This document shows, piece by piece, positions 40,055 to 49,825 of a stretch of DNA of 64,000 nt. The first letter of the stretch is position 1. Each line of letters starts with the position of its first letter. The notes under the pieces were generated by a model. It was not told the origin of the DNA and ran no database searches. It worked only from the letters and a program-made list of their open reading frames with translations. This stretch comes from Thermoanaerobaculia bacterium (lineage in GTDB: Bacteria; Acidobacteriota; Thermoanaerobaculia; Multivoradales; Multivoraceae). Both the position numbers and the translations under genes were made by a program. The stretch is from NCBI GenBank assembly GCA_963664405.1, contig OY761158.1:5440001-5504000 (forward strand), given 5' to 3'.

Positions 40055-41716
40055 ATGATCGATCTCGACAACGTGCCTGCCGGCCTTCGGCTACCCATAC
40101 TGCAGCGCAATCTGGCCGAGCTGGAGAAGAGACACAAGGTCTACTCACACTTCCTCGCGGGCGTGCGGCTTCAGCTCGCCGCCGAATCGGCATGGTTGGA
40201 CCGCGGCCCAGGACATGGAGAACCGTGGGTCGAAGGAAATACGGAGCTCGTCGACTCGGAGCTCGCTCGTAGCTTCTCTTCGGACGACAAGAACGCCAGG
40301 CCCACGCTGCCGCCGAATGTCCTCTTGTCGAGGGTCAAGGTCAATGGCCGCTTGCACGGTGTTCTCGGGGTGGCTCGGCAGAGTCGACCGTTCCGGATGG
40401 GGAGAGGGCGCGAGCTCACCCGCCTTGCGCAACTCTTGGGCGCCGACCTCGAGCGACGCCAAGAGAAGCGTCTGGCAAGAGTTCTCGATCGAATTCGCGG
40501 CAAGGTCGTTTCCGAGCTGCGTTCAAAGGATCTGGCCTACCAGATCCTCGATGGCCTTCATCAGCTGGTGCGCTACGACCACTCCGCGGCGCTGCTGACC
40601 TGGCATGAGGACGCCCAAGTGTTTCGCGTAGCGGCGGAGAAGGTGGTCTGGACCAAATCAAAGAGCCCCTTCATTGGTCACGAATTGAAAGGCTCGGTCG
40701 CCCTCCTCGCCTCGCTTCGTGAGTCCAGCGCAGTGCGAATACTCCCCTCCGCGGAGTCGATCGACGAGGTGGGCCGGCCGCTGCGAGACCTTCTCGACTA
40801 CTCTCGAGGGGGCTCGACCCCCGAGGTGAGTGATCTCCTCTGCGCACCTCTTTTCTTCGATGAGGAATTCTTGGGAGTGCTCAAGATTGCGGCCTACGAG
40901 GGGCGCGGTTTCGACGCTTACGATGTCGAGGTGGTCGAGCGTTTCCTGCCGGCGGCTGCAGTCTCACTCCGCAATGTACGGGTCAAGCAGGCACTCGAGA
41001 ACCAGGCCATGGAGGCGGAGGTGCGCGCGGGTCTCGTCACTCTCGCGCGCGCGGTCGCACACGACGTAAACAACGCCATTGGCACGATCCTTCCGCTCAC
41101 CCAGCAGGCACGCGCGGACCTGGTCGAGGGCAATGCCGATCTCGGTCGACTCAAGGAAGATCTGGATCTTGTGATCGAAAAAGCGATCCTGTGCAAACGG
41201 ATCTTCTCCAACATGCTTCGCGCGGCGGGGCGCCGGTCGGCGGGGCGTGGACCCGTCGATGTTCGACAGATCGGCGAAGGGATCGTGTCGATCATGGAGG
41301 CGCATTTGGCCTCCGCGGGCGTCGAGCTCGAGCTCGACCTCGCCGAAGGTCTGCGCCCGGTGTGCTTCTCCCGTCCGCACCTGGAGCGAGTTCTCTGGAA
41401 CCTCGTTACCAACGCGATCGAAGCCCTCGCCGACACCGGCGGCGTGGTCACTATCCGTGCTCGAAACGCCGACGATGGCAGGGTCACTCTGTCGGTGCTC
41501 GATGACGGTCCCGGCATCGAGGCCGATCTCCTCGACAAGGTCCAGGAACCCTTCTTCACGACCAAGCGTGACGGCACTGGTCTCGGACTCGCCTTGGCGC
41601 GATCCCTTGTGTGGCAGAACGACGGAGCTATGGAGGTCCATAGCGAGCTCGGGCGTGGCACTGAGGTGCAGCTCTCCCTGGCAGCCGACGGCGATTGTGG
41701 TGAGGTGGAGACCTGA
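40055..41716 (+). CDS. GAF-domain sensor histidine kinase
   Basis: AHDVNN H-box, NLVTNA, DDGPG, GTGLGL. Confidence 0.9.
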   Translation: MIDLDNVPAGLRLPILQRNLAELEKRHKVYSHFLAGVRLQLAAESAWLDRGPGHGEPWVEGNTELVDSELARSFSSDDKNARPTLPPNVLLSRVKVNGRLHGVLGVARQSRPFRMGRGRELTRLAQLLGADLERRQEKRLARVLDRIRGKVVSELRSKDLAYQILDGLHQLVRYDHSAALLTWHEDAQVFRVAAEKVVWTKSKSPFIGHELKGSVALLASLRESSAVRILPSAESIDEVGRPLRDLLDYSRGGSTPEVSDLLCAPLFFDEEFLGVLKIAAYEGRGFDAYDVEVVERFLPAAAVSLRNVRVKQALENQAMEAEVRAGLVTLARAVAHDVNNAIGTILPLTQQARADLVEGNADLGRLKEDLDLVIEKAILCKRIFSNMLRAAGRRSAGRGPVDVRQIGEGIVSIMEAHLASAGVELELDLAEGLRPVCFSRPHLERVLWNLVTNAIEALADTGGVVTIRARNADDGRVTLSVLDDGPGIEADLLDKVQEPFFTTKRDGTGLGLALARSLVWQNDGAMEVHSELGRGTEVQLSLAADGDCGEVET

Positions 41717-42843
41717 GCGAAGACAGTTCGCGCATCCTGGTTGTGGATGACGACCCCGGCATGCGCCGGGCGATGGATCGGATCCTTGCGCCGCTCTACG
41801 ACGTGACGATGGCCGATGGCGCCGTTCAGGCTCTCGACCGATTGGCGGAAGATCCCTTCGAGGTCGCCCTGGTCGACATTCGTCTCGGTGACGGCGATGG
41901 TTACGCACTGTGTGGAGAGATCCGCCGCCGGAGCCCGGAGACTGACGTCATTCTGATCACCGGCTCCATGTCCCAGCCCGACGAGAAGTTGTACCGCTCG
42001 CTGGAGGGCGACGCCTTCTACTTTCTGTTCAAGCCTTTCGAGCGGCGTGTGCTTCGCGCCCTGGTCGAGCGCTGTCTACGACTGCAGCGAGAGCGTCGAG
42101 CGAAGGAAGAGTACGCGGCGGCGCTGGCCGAAGACCTCGAGCGAGCCAAGCACTTTCAGCACAGCCTGCAACCCTCGGCTCCCTTGGAGGCGGCGGGCTG
42201 GCGGATCGAGGGCCTCTTCCTTCCCTGCGACGCGGTGGGAGGAGATTTCTGGATGGCGCTTCTCGAGCGCGATGGAAGCGCGGTCGTAGCGCTCGCCGAT
42301 ATCGTGGGTCATGGTGTCAGCGCTGCCATGTACGCGGGCATGTTGCGATCGACTCTGGACGCCGCGCGGCGCAGCGATCCAATGCCGGACAAAGTGCAGA
42401 AGGCTCTGGTCCAGGGTATCGACTTCTTTGAGGCCTCACGTTTTGCGAGTCTCTTTTATGGGCATCTCGGCGTCGACGGCGAGGTCGGCTATTTCAGCGC
42501 CGGTCACCCTCCAGGCCTCTGGGTCAAGGCGAAAGGTGGCATTGAGGAGCTCGCTTCCACCGGTCTCCTTTTGATGAACGTGTTCAGAACCCAGTCTCGA
42601 ACAGTTGAGACCCGCACCTTCGTGCCGGGAGATAGGCTCTTTCTTTACAGTGACGGAGCCAGCGAGGCGATGAGCCCGGCGCAAGAGGAGCTCGGTGTCG
42701 AGGGATTGACCGAGGCCCTAAAAGAGACCCGCCGCTCGAGCCTGGCCGATGCCCTGGAAACGATACGGGCTCGCATCCTCGCCCACGCGGCCGGCCGGCC
42801 GATCGAGGATGACGTCACACTGGTCCTCGTCGAGCGACTCTGA
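41713..42843 (+). CDS. Response regulator with SpoIIE/PP2C phosphatase domain
   Basis: ILVVDDD receiver; GGDF, DIVGHG, YSDG, DDVT; start inferred at CTG overlapping the kinase TGA. Confidence 0.88.
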   Translation: MSEDSSRILVVDDDPGMRRAMDRILAPLYDVTMADGAVQALDRLAEDPFEVALVDIRLGDGDGYALCGEIRRRSPETDVILITGSMSQPDEKLYRSLEGDAFYFLFKPFERRVLRALVERCLRLQRERRAKEEYAAALAEDLERAKHFQHSLQPSAPLEAAGWRIEGLFLPCDAVGGDFWMALLERDGSAVVALADIVGHGVSAAMYAGMLRSTLDAARRSDPMPDKVQKALVQGIDFFEASRFASLFYGHLGVDGEVGYFSAGHPPGLWVKAKGGIEELASTGLLLMNVFRTQSRTVETRTFVPGDRLFLYSDGASEAMSPAQEELGVEGLTEALKETRRSSLADALETIRARILAHAAGRPIEDDVTLVLVERL

Positions 42844-42879
42844 GGCGGGGGGAGATGCAGGGCGGAGTACGCGAGGCCT

Positions 42880-43010
42880 GTGGTGCCGACCCGGAGATCT
42901 GGTAAACCTGCCAGCTGATCGTCGCCCGCAGCAGAGTGAGACCCGCGCCGGAAAAGAAGCGGCTTACTGCGTAGAGGAGGAAACCTCGCTCGCGCAGAAC
43001 CTGGGTGGTC
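42880..43010 (-). pseudogene. N-terminal MFS transporter remnant
   Basis: VLRERGFLLYAVSRFFSGAGLTLLRATISWQVYQISGS resembles MFS helix 1; no continuation. Confidence 0.5.
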
Positions 43011-43041
43011 GTTCTTTCGGAGGGGGCGCGCGCCTCGGCGC

Positions 43042-44070
43042 TCAGGCCAGTGCCCCCGAGCAGCTCGATCCGGCCCCGGCGGTACAGCCGAAGCAGTGAT
43101 GGGCTGTGGCGATAGCGGTTTCGGCCAGGTCGTCGAGAGAGTCGATGTCCCAGATCGTCAGCGGTGTCTCGGAATCGGAGCCCGGCAGTGCAAGTCCCAA
43201 CATCAGATTGAAGTCGCAATCATAGAGATCACCGTGCCAGTCGATACTAACCTGGGAGCGACACATCAGGCCCTCGACCGTGTCGGGGTTGAAGTGGTTG
43301 ACGAGCAAGGCTTGATAGGACTCTGTTTGGCCCAATCTCTCGAGTTGGTCGGCAAAGCGGCGAATCGGCATGTTGGTGAGGGTCAGAAGATGGCGGAACT
43401 CGAGGCCGAAGCGCTCGCCAAGCTCACGCTTGTAGTCACGCTCTAGCCCTCCCTGGTCGGGAGGTAAGGACGGCCCGAGCGGGTTGTAGACCAGATCGAG
43501 AGGAAGAGACGAGTCCGGACGACCGTAGCCGAGCGCGTTGAGCCGACGAATGCCTTCGATGCTGGCGTCAAAGACGCCCTTCCCACGCTGACTCTCGACG
43601 TTTTCGCTGGTATAGCAAGGAAGGCTGGCCACCACTTCGACTTCGTTTTGGGCTAGAAAGTCGGCCAGATCCTCGTAGCCGGGCTCGAGGAGGATGGTGA
43701 GATTGCAGCGATCCATCACTCGCCGCCCCAGCTGCCTCGCCTCGACGACGAGTCGACGGAAGTGCTCGTTCATCTCGGGCGCACCGCCGGTCAAGTCGAG
43801 AAGCTCGACACCCGGGCTCGCCGCCAGCAGGTCTATCAGGCGATCCGCGACCTCGGCGGTCATCTGCTCGGTACGTTTAGGCCCGGCTTCGACATGGCAA
43901 TGGTGGCAAGCGATATTGCAGAGCCGTCCGACGTTGACCTGCAATGTGCGAACGCCGCCGCGGCGCAGCTCCGGCATGCCTCGACTGCTGAGCTCGGTCG
44001 TGAAGCTCTCGTCTCCCAGGCTGGGAGCGAAGACCGGGAGCGAGCGATTGCTGGTGGCGGTCGTGGTCAT
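43042..44070 (-). CDS. arsS: ArsS-like radical SAM protein (DUF3641)
   Basis: CNIACHHCH, DLTGGAPE, ASLPCY, C-terminal HCFGCTAGAGSSCSG. Confidence 0.85.
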   Translation of the reverse strand: MTTTATSNRSLPVFAPSLGDESFTTELSSRGMPELRRGGVRTLQVNVGRLCNIACHHCHVEAGPKRTEQMTAEVADRLIDLLAASPGVELLDLTGGAPEMNEHFRRLVVEARQLGRRVMDRCNLTILLEPGYEDLADFLAQNEVEVVASLPCYTSENVESQRGKGVFDASIEGIRRLNALGYGRPDSSLPLDLVYNPLGPSLPPDQGGLERDYKRELGERFGLEFRHLLTLTNMPIRRFADQLERLGQTESYQALLVNHFNPDTVEGLMCRSQVSIDWHGDLYDCDFNLMLGLALPGSDSETPLTIWDIDSLDDLAETAIATAHHCFGCTAGAGSSCSGALA

Positions 44071-44073
44071 TTG

Positions 44074-45228
44074 CTAGCAGCAGCCGTCCGTTTCGGAGCA
44101 GGAATCGGCGGCCTCGGTAGTGATCGAGTAGTCCTGACCCTTCGTCTCGCGCGGATCTCGCCGGGTCTGGCGAGAGCAGTCGAAAGGTGTTGTCGAGTCC
44201 GGATTGACGGGCTCCAGAGGCTCGACGAGCTCGAACTCTCCCGCGTAGGGCTCTCGAGAATAGAGCGCGAAGGTTTTGGCGCAGACCGCGATCCGTTGGC
44301 CGCGCGTCAGGCGATGGCCGTCGTCATCGAGAACTTCTTTGAAGGGTCCTTTGTAGATGACCGCCTGATTGTGCTCGTAGCAGGGCCCCTGCTTACCCTT
44401 GAAGGCTTGGACGGTGATCGAGCGGAACTCGATACCTTCGACGGTTTGCCAGGGCGTGGATGCGCGCTCGAGGATGCCGATCCCGTGGAATCCGGCGTCC
44501 TCGAACGCCGCGAGGAAGTGCTCTTCAGTCAGGGCTCCGGAGATGCAGCCGCTCCACAGCTCGGGATCTCGCCTCATCTCTTCGCTCACCGGCTCGTCGG
44601 AGACAATGTCGGAGATCACGGCTCGCCCCCCCTTACGCAGGACCCGAAAGATCTCGCCGAAGAGTTGGGGCTTGTCATCGGAGTCGACCAGGTTGAGGAC
44701 ACAATTCGACACCACGATGTCTACCGATTGGTCGGCGACGAGCGGCGTTACGGTTCGCAGCTCATCGGCCAACCGCTGTGCCTCGCGTAGACCATCGGCC
44801 GAGCTAACGGGTCGGGCGGCAAGCGCCGTGTCGAGCTTGTCGAGGTCGAGGCCGAGGTCTTGAATCCGCCCGCGTCGGAAATCTACATTCGAGTAGCCGA
44901 TCTTTCCCGCGACTTCGGGCGCGGCCCGCCTGGCGATCGCCAGCATCTCCGGAGTCATGTCGATGCCGATAACTCGCCCCTCAGCGCCGACGATCTGAGA
45001 TGCGATGAAGGCGATCTTGCCGGTTCCACTGCCGAGGTCGAGAACGGTCTCGCCGGGGCGCAGATACTTCGAAGGGTCACCGCATCCGTAGTCTCGCTCG
45101 ATGACCTCGGAGGGTATCGGTTCCAGATACCTCGGGTCGTAGTCGATGGGGCAGCAGAGCGCGGGCTCTGCCGCAGTGGCCCCACGGGCATAACGGTCGC
45201 GGACGTCGGTCTCTACCAGGTTCTGCAT
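44074..45228 (-). CDS. ArsM-like SAM-dependent methyltransferase
   Basis: LCCP, DYGCGDP, LDLGSGTG, SNCVLNL, WSGCISGA. Confidence 0.85.
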   Translation of the reverse strand: MQNLVETDVRDRYARGATAAEPALCCPIDYDPRYLEPIPSEVIERDYGCGDPSKYLRPGETVLDLGSGTGKIAFIASQIVGAEGRVIGIDMTPEMLAIARRAAPEVAGKIGYSNVDFRRGRIQDLGLDLDKLDTALAARPVSSADGLREAQRLADELRTVTPLVADQSVDIVVSNCVLNLVDSDDKPQLFGEIFRVLRKGGRAVISDIVSDEPVSEEMRRDPELWSGCISGALTEEHFLAAFEDAGFHGIGILERASTPWQTVEGIEFRSITVQAFKGKQGPCYEHNQAVIYKGPFKEVLDDDGHRLTRGQRIAVCAKTFALYSREPYAGEFELVEPLEPVNPDSTTPFDCSRQTRRDPRETKGQDYSITTEAADSCSETDGCC

Positions 45229-45327
45229 TTGCAGCCTCCAATGTGCTCTGGATCCATCAACCGGGCGACTTTAACAGCTCCGATCGCCCGCAGATTCTAC
45301 GGGTGAACACGGAACCTGGATTCTCGA

Positions 45328-46962
45328 CTAGAACCTTGACGCGGTCAGGATCACGTCGGCGTGCTCCCAGGCCCTCTCGAGCTCGATGCCGATCTTCTTT
45401 GCCTTGCCGTCCTTGCCTTGGGCTTCGAGAGTGCGCTTGAGGCCGAAGAGGGACCAGCCGTTGTGGGGGAAGGCCTCGAGATCTTTTCGATAGGTGTCTT
45501 CGGCTTCGCCGAAGCGCTCGGCGTCCAGAAGCGCGGCGCCGAGGTATTGACGGACCGGGAAGTGCCACGGCGGCGGCTCGTCATAGGTCAGCGCGAGCTC
45601 GAGCCTCACTCCCTTACGAAGATGCACGAGCGCCTGCTTCGAATTTCCGTCCGCCGCCGCGACCTCGCCGGTGAGAACCTCGGTGGCGATCTCGAGCAGG
45701 CTTCTGGTGGTATTGAGATCCCAGATCGTGACCGCGTCGAGTCTGGTGTCGGCGGCGAGAGTCCTCAGCGCGGCCAGCTCTTGCTTGGCTTTTCCCAGCT
45801 GGCCCTTGCGGGTGAAGGCCATGCCTCTGGCGTAGTGTCGGACTCCCCGAGGGTAGAGGAGGTCGCGTGCGGGTTCTGGGTGGGCCAGTATCTCGTCCCA
45901 GTGGCCGAAGCGGACGAGGGCGTAGAGGGGGGTCACGAGGTAGTGCTGGCCGGTCCCGTAGGAGGGCTCGCGCATCAACTGCTGGTCGACCCTGGAGGCG
46001 ATCGTCTTGGCGGTGTCGATCGCCAGCTTACTCCGTCCCTCGAAGGTCGAGGCCGCCCAGAGCATGTGGTGGTTGTGGAGCATATAGGCGGAGGAGTATC
46101 CCTGCGGGGCGCCGTGCTCCCTGTTGTAGGCGTCGTCCGAGGCGATGGCTCGCTGATTGACTCGGGAGGCGTCGGAGTATCGGCCGACCAGAATGTAGAT
46201 ATGCGACGCCATGTGGATGAGATGGCCGGGTGCCGTGTCAGGCAAGGTCTGGAGCCGGTCGGCGGCGTCGACGCCGAGGTCGGGCCGTACCTTTTCGACC
46301 GTATGAATGAGGAGGTGGTTGGCGCCGATGTGCTGGCGGTCCTGCTTCAAGACCCTTTCGAGGACGCCGAGAAACTCGACAGTCACGGCGCGAGGCTCGC
46401 CTTCTTCGGTCCAATAGTCCCAAGGGGTCGTGTCCATGAGTGCTTCGGCAAAGAGGGTCGAGGCGTCGAGATCGTCGGGGTAACGCAGGGCGACTCGGCG
46501 CATCGCGTCGGCGTAGGCTTTGTCGAGCTCGGAGCGATCTGCTCTCGGCTCGCGCCCATATCGCTGCGCCAGGGCCTGAATGTAGGCTCTCTCTCTTTCA
46601 CTTACCCCGGGGGAGAGCCGGAGAGCACTGTCGAGGGCTTTCCTCGCATCGGGATGTGCCGCGGGGTCCATCACCGCGTTGATGTTGGGACCGAGTACGA
46701 GGCCGAGACCCCAGAAACACATCGCGCAGCTCGAGTCGATCTCGGTGGCGTGACGAAAGGATTCGGCGGCTTCTTCGTGGTTGAAGCCGTAAGAAAGCGT
46801 GAGCCCCTGGTCGAAGAGGAGTTGAGCTTCGGGGGACTTGGTCGTGATCTCGTGATGATGTCCGCTCATGCCCTCGATCAGATGACTATGGCCGTCGTCT
46901 GCGAGGCTTGCCGAAGCGGAGGAGAGCAGGAGCAAGAAGAGCAGAGTTTCGATGCGTCGCAT
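45328..46962 (-). CDS. Secreted TPR-repeat protein
   Basis: Signal peptide; FDQGLTLSYGFNHEEA, HMASHIY, YDEPPPW. Confidence 0.85.
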   Translation of the reverse strand: MRRIETLLFLLLLSSASASLADDGHSHLIEGMSGHHHEITTKSPEAQLLFDQGLTLSYGFNHEEAAESFRHATEIDSSCAMCFWGLGLVLGPNINAVMDPAAHPDARKALDSALRLSPGVSERERAYIQALAQRYGREPRADRSELDKAYADAMRRVALRYPDDLDASTLFAEALMDTTPWDYWTEEGEPRAVTVEFLGVLERVLKQDRQHIGANHLLIHTVEKVRPDLGVDAADRLQTLPDTAPGHLIHMASHIYILVGRYSDASRVNQRAIASDDAYNREHGAPQGYSSAYMLHNHHMLWAASTFEGRSKLAIDTAKTIASRVDQQLMREPSYGTGQHYLVTPLYALVRFGHWDEILAHPEPARDLLYPRGVRHYARGMAFTRKGQLGKAKQELAALRTLAADTRLDAVTIWDLNTTRSLLEIATEVLTGEVAAADGNSKQALVHLRKGVRLELALTYDEPPPWHFPVRQYLGAALLDAERFGEAEDTYRKDLEAFPHNGWSLFGLKRTLEAQGKDGKAKKIGIELERAWEHADVILTASRF

Positions 46963-47087
46963 GGTTGCCTCCGTCGATAGCGGGTAGGTAAGTGCTCGAG
47001 ATTTTATACCCGGCAAGCAAGCCTGAGTGAGGTGGATGGGACCGAGAAGGTATATGGTCTGGGGCCGACGAGCATGAGGAGGAGAAT

Positions 47088-47762
47088 ATGGATCCGTTAA
47101 ACGAAGAGGAATTGGCCGGCTTGCGCGCGTGGCCCACGCCGGCAATCTGCAACGCGATCGAGACCTTCGATGTTCGCCCTCGAAGCGAGGGCTTCATGTT
47201 GGGCATCCGTTGCTGCTTTCCCGGTTTCGAGCCGTTGGTGGGGTATGCGGCGACCGCGACCATGCGAGCGTCAAAGGCGGCCAGCGATGCAGATCTCGGT
47301 GCCGCATTTCGTCACTGGGACAACATTCTCGCCACGCCGACTCCCCGGGTTGCAGTGATCCAGGATTTGGACGACCCTCCCGCTTTCGGCTCGCTATGGG
47401 GAGAGGTGAACGCCAACATCCACACCGCGCTGGGCTGCAAGGGCGTGATCACCAATGGCGGAGTTCGTGACCTCGATGAGGTCGAAGAGCTCGGCTTTCA
47501 CTTCTTCGCCGCCGAGGTCATCCCTTCGCACGCCTATGTGCACCTCGTCGATGCCGGAGCTCCTGTCGAAGTTGGCGGTATTCGAGTTTCGAGCGGCGAC
47601 CTGATGCATGCCGACAAGCATGGCGTGACGGCGATTCCGCATGAGATCGCCCGCGAGGTCGCTGCCGCCTGTCAACGGGTCGAAGACGGTGAGCGCCGAG
47701 TCATCAACTACTGCAAATCGGCCGACTTCGACGTCGAGAGGCTCAAGACCAGGGATTTCTAG
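47088..47762 (+). CDS. RraA/HMG aldolase family protein
   Basis: WGEVN, TNGGVRD, GDLMHAD. Confidence 0.88.
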   Translation: MDPLNEEELAGLRAWPTPAICNAIETFDVRPRSEGFMLGIRCCFPGFEPLVGYAATATMRASKAASDADLGAAFRHWDNILATPTPRVAVIQDLDDPPAFGSLWGEVNANIHTALGCKGVITNGGVRDLDEVEELGFHFFAAEVIPSHAYVHLVDAGAPVEVGGIRVSSGDLMHADKHGVTAIPHEIAREVAAACQRVEDGERRVINYCKSADFDVERLKTRDF

Positions 47763-47799
47763 CCCGCTAGGAGCGTGTATCTGGACTCCCGTGTCAAGT

Positions 47800-48090
47800 A
47801 GTTGATTTCAACTCATAGAGAGATTCTGGTTTTCTCGGTCTTCGGGCTGAGAGTGGTAGGTCAGACAGCAGACGTATCTCCGGCCTCAGATTGGCGTGAC
47901 GATGTGTGCACGCCGGGCCATGATGGAAAAGTGCGCGTGAGGGAGCCGAATCGTCCGAGAAAACGGCCTCGAGGGCCAACGCTCCTAGCGGCTTGTGCCC
48001 TCACGCCAGTCTGACTGGAAACCATCAAAGTCCTTGGATCGAGCTGTGAGTGGATGGGGGTTACGAGTAGGTTGTGGTCGTTCGGTCGTC
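47800..48090 (-). ncRNA. Putative seek/bridge RNA region (extent approximate)
   Basis: 13-nt and 8-nt exact matches to the two insertion flanks, separated by a short hairpin. Confidence 0.65.
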
Positions 48091-49128
48091 TTAGGCAGCA
48101 GCGAGCAACGGCTTGGGCTCGAAGGCGCGCTTACGGGTCCACACGGCCCAGACAATGCGGGCCAACTTGTTGGCGAGGGCAACGGCGGCTTTGTTGGGTC
48201 CTCGGCGGGTATCGACGTGCAGCGCCCACTGTTGGAGGCGGCCTTGGGGTTGTTTTCTCTTCGCCCACGACAGCACGGAGCGGGCCCCGTGGATCAGGAG
48301 CGTGCGCAGATAGCCGTCGCCGCGTTTGCTGATGCGTCCGAGCCAGCGTCGTGCGCCACTGGAGTGTTCGCGCGGCGTGAGCCCGAGATAGCTGGCAAGA
48401 TGGCGTCCGCTCTTGAAGCGAGAGACATCTCCGATCCAGGCCACCAGGGCCGTGGCGGTCAGGACCCCGATGCCAGGAATGGTCATCAGCAGCTGCACGG
48501 CTTCGAGCTGTTTGGCGAGCGCTTGGATGTGGTTGTCGATCTCCGCGATACGCTCGTGGAACTGCTCGATCTGATCGCATTGCGCTGCGAAGTGAGGGCG
48601 CAATGCCATGGGGATGTCCGTCTCGGCGTCGGCGATCAGCTCTCGGACCCTCGGCACGACGCGCGCACGTCCTAGAGGGATGAAGTGTCCGAATTCTCGC
48701 AAGTGCCCGCGTAGAGCGTTGCAGTGAGCCGTACGATCGCCGATGTAGGCCGCGCGCATCCGATGCAGAGTGGTGAGCGTTTGTTGCTCGAGCGACTTGA
48801 CAGGGACAGGCAGGATGTCTTCGTTGCGATACGCCTCGAGCATGCCTTTGGTGTCGGTTCGATCGGTCTTGTGGGCGCCGACATAGCGGTGGGTCAGGTG
48901 GGGTGGCAGCAGGACGACCGAGTGGCCGAGCTCTCCTATTTCCCGGCCCCAGTAGTGCGCGGAGCCACAGGCCTCCATGACCACCGTCGTGGGCTTGCGT
49001 TGTGCGAAGAAAGACAAAAAGCCAGCTCTTCGGACTCGATGCCGGTCCGCCACCTTTCCCGGCTCATGCGACACGGCGATCTCGAACACATCCTTGGCCA
49101 GGTCGACACCGATAACGGTATGCTTCAT
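48091..49128 (-). CDS. IS110 transposase (intact)
   Basis: GVDLAK, MEACG, KTDRTD, IPGIG, GLTPREHSSG, ALANK. Confidence 0.93.
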   Translation of the reverse strand: MKHTVIGVDLAKDVFEIAVSHEPGKVADRHRVRRAGFLSFFAQRKPTTVVMEACGSAHYWGREIGELGHSVVLLPPHLTHRYVGAHKTDRTDTKGMLEAYRNEDILPVPVKSLEQQTLTTLHRMRAAYIGDRTAHCNALRGHLREFGHFIPLGRARVVPRVRELIADAETDIPMALRPHFAAQCDQIEQFHERIAEIDNHIQALAKQLEAVQLLMTIPGIGVLTATALVAWIGDVSRFKSGRHLASYLGLTPREHSSGARRWLGRISKRGDGYLRTLLIHGARSVLSWAKRKQPQGRLQQWALHVDTRRGPNKAAVALANKLARIVWAVWTRKRAFEPKPLLAAA

Positions 49129-49292
49129 GGGGCTCCCTTCCAGTACTAGAGTTTCGGTTTGGGCGACCCGCGGCACACAGATGCCGATCGAAGTCGCCAG
49201 GGAGTCCATTTCATCATCCGAGAATTCGGACGGGCGAGTAGTTCTTAGGGGGGGATGGGCCGGAGAACGGGCCGGAGGCCCGTTTTCCGGGG

Positions 49293-49739
49293 CTAGGAGC
49301 CGCCGAGGTCGAGCTCGGTCGTGTCGGGAAGCTTCACGATCTTCGTCACCCGAGCCTCGGGCTCTGCGTGCCAGTCCACTTCGAGAGTGAAGGCGATGGT
49401 GTCGAGAGCGTTGAGCTCCTCGGTGGTCGCGTCTGGCTCGCGAAGGAAGCTCATGGTCATCGAGCTCATCCCGACGATCTCGCCGGACGAGTTGGCGAAA
49501 TCTGGGATGGACTCATGAAAAATGCTGATCTCATCTCCGGGGGCTCCCGGGTCGATGACCTGCCCTCGAAGCTCGTAGCTTCGCGCTCCATTCGCGGGCT
49601 CTACAGCCTGCGGCTCGGCAGCAGGAGCCTCAGCAAGTGCGACTGCCTGCTCCGCCGGCGGGCCTGCACATGCGGCCAATGCGATGACAAGACCTAGACG
49701 AAACCAGCTTCGTGTTGCTTGGGCAATGGGGCTAGCCAC
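49293..49739 (-). CDS. Copper-binding (CusF-like) lipoprotein
   Basis: Lipobox LAAC; HESIP..MSSMTMSF. Confidence 0.65.
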   Translation of the reverse strand: MASPIAQATRSWFRLGLVIALAACAGPPAEQAVALAEAPAAEPQAVEPANGARSYELRGQVIDPGAPGDEISIFHESIPDFANSSGEIVGMSSMTMSFLREPDATTEELNALDTIAFTLEVDWHAEPEARVTKIVKLPDTTELDLGGS

Positions 49740-49825
49740 ACCACCACCTGGGAATCCTACGAGCCTGCCCCCGCTTCGGCTTTGCTGCGAGACTTTCGGC
49801 TCGGTATAAGGTACCCGCGCTCGTG

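Larger units (their letters stand above)
47779..49215 (-). mobile_element. IS110-family (IS1111-type) element, ends approximate
   Basis: Subterminal IRs TGGACTCCC (47782-90) and GGGAGTCCA (49200-08); outward TTGACA at 47792-97 (minus); ~300-bp 3' non-coding region. Confidence 0.85.
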
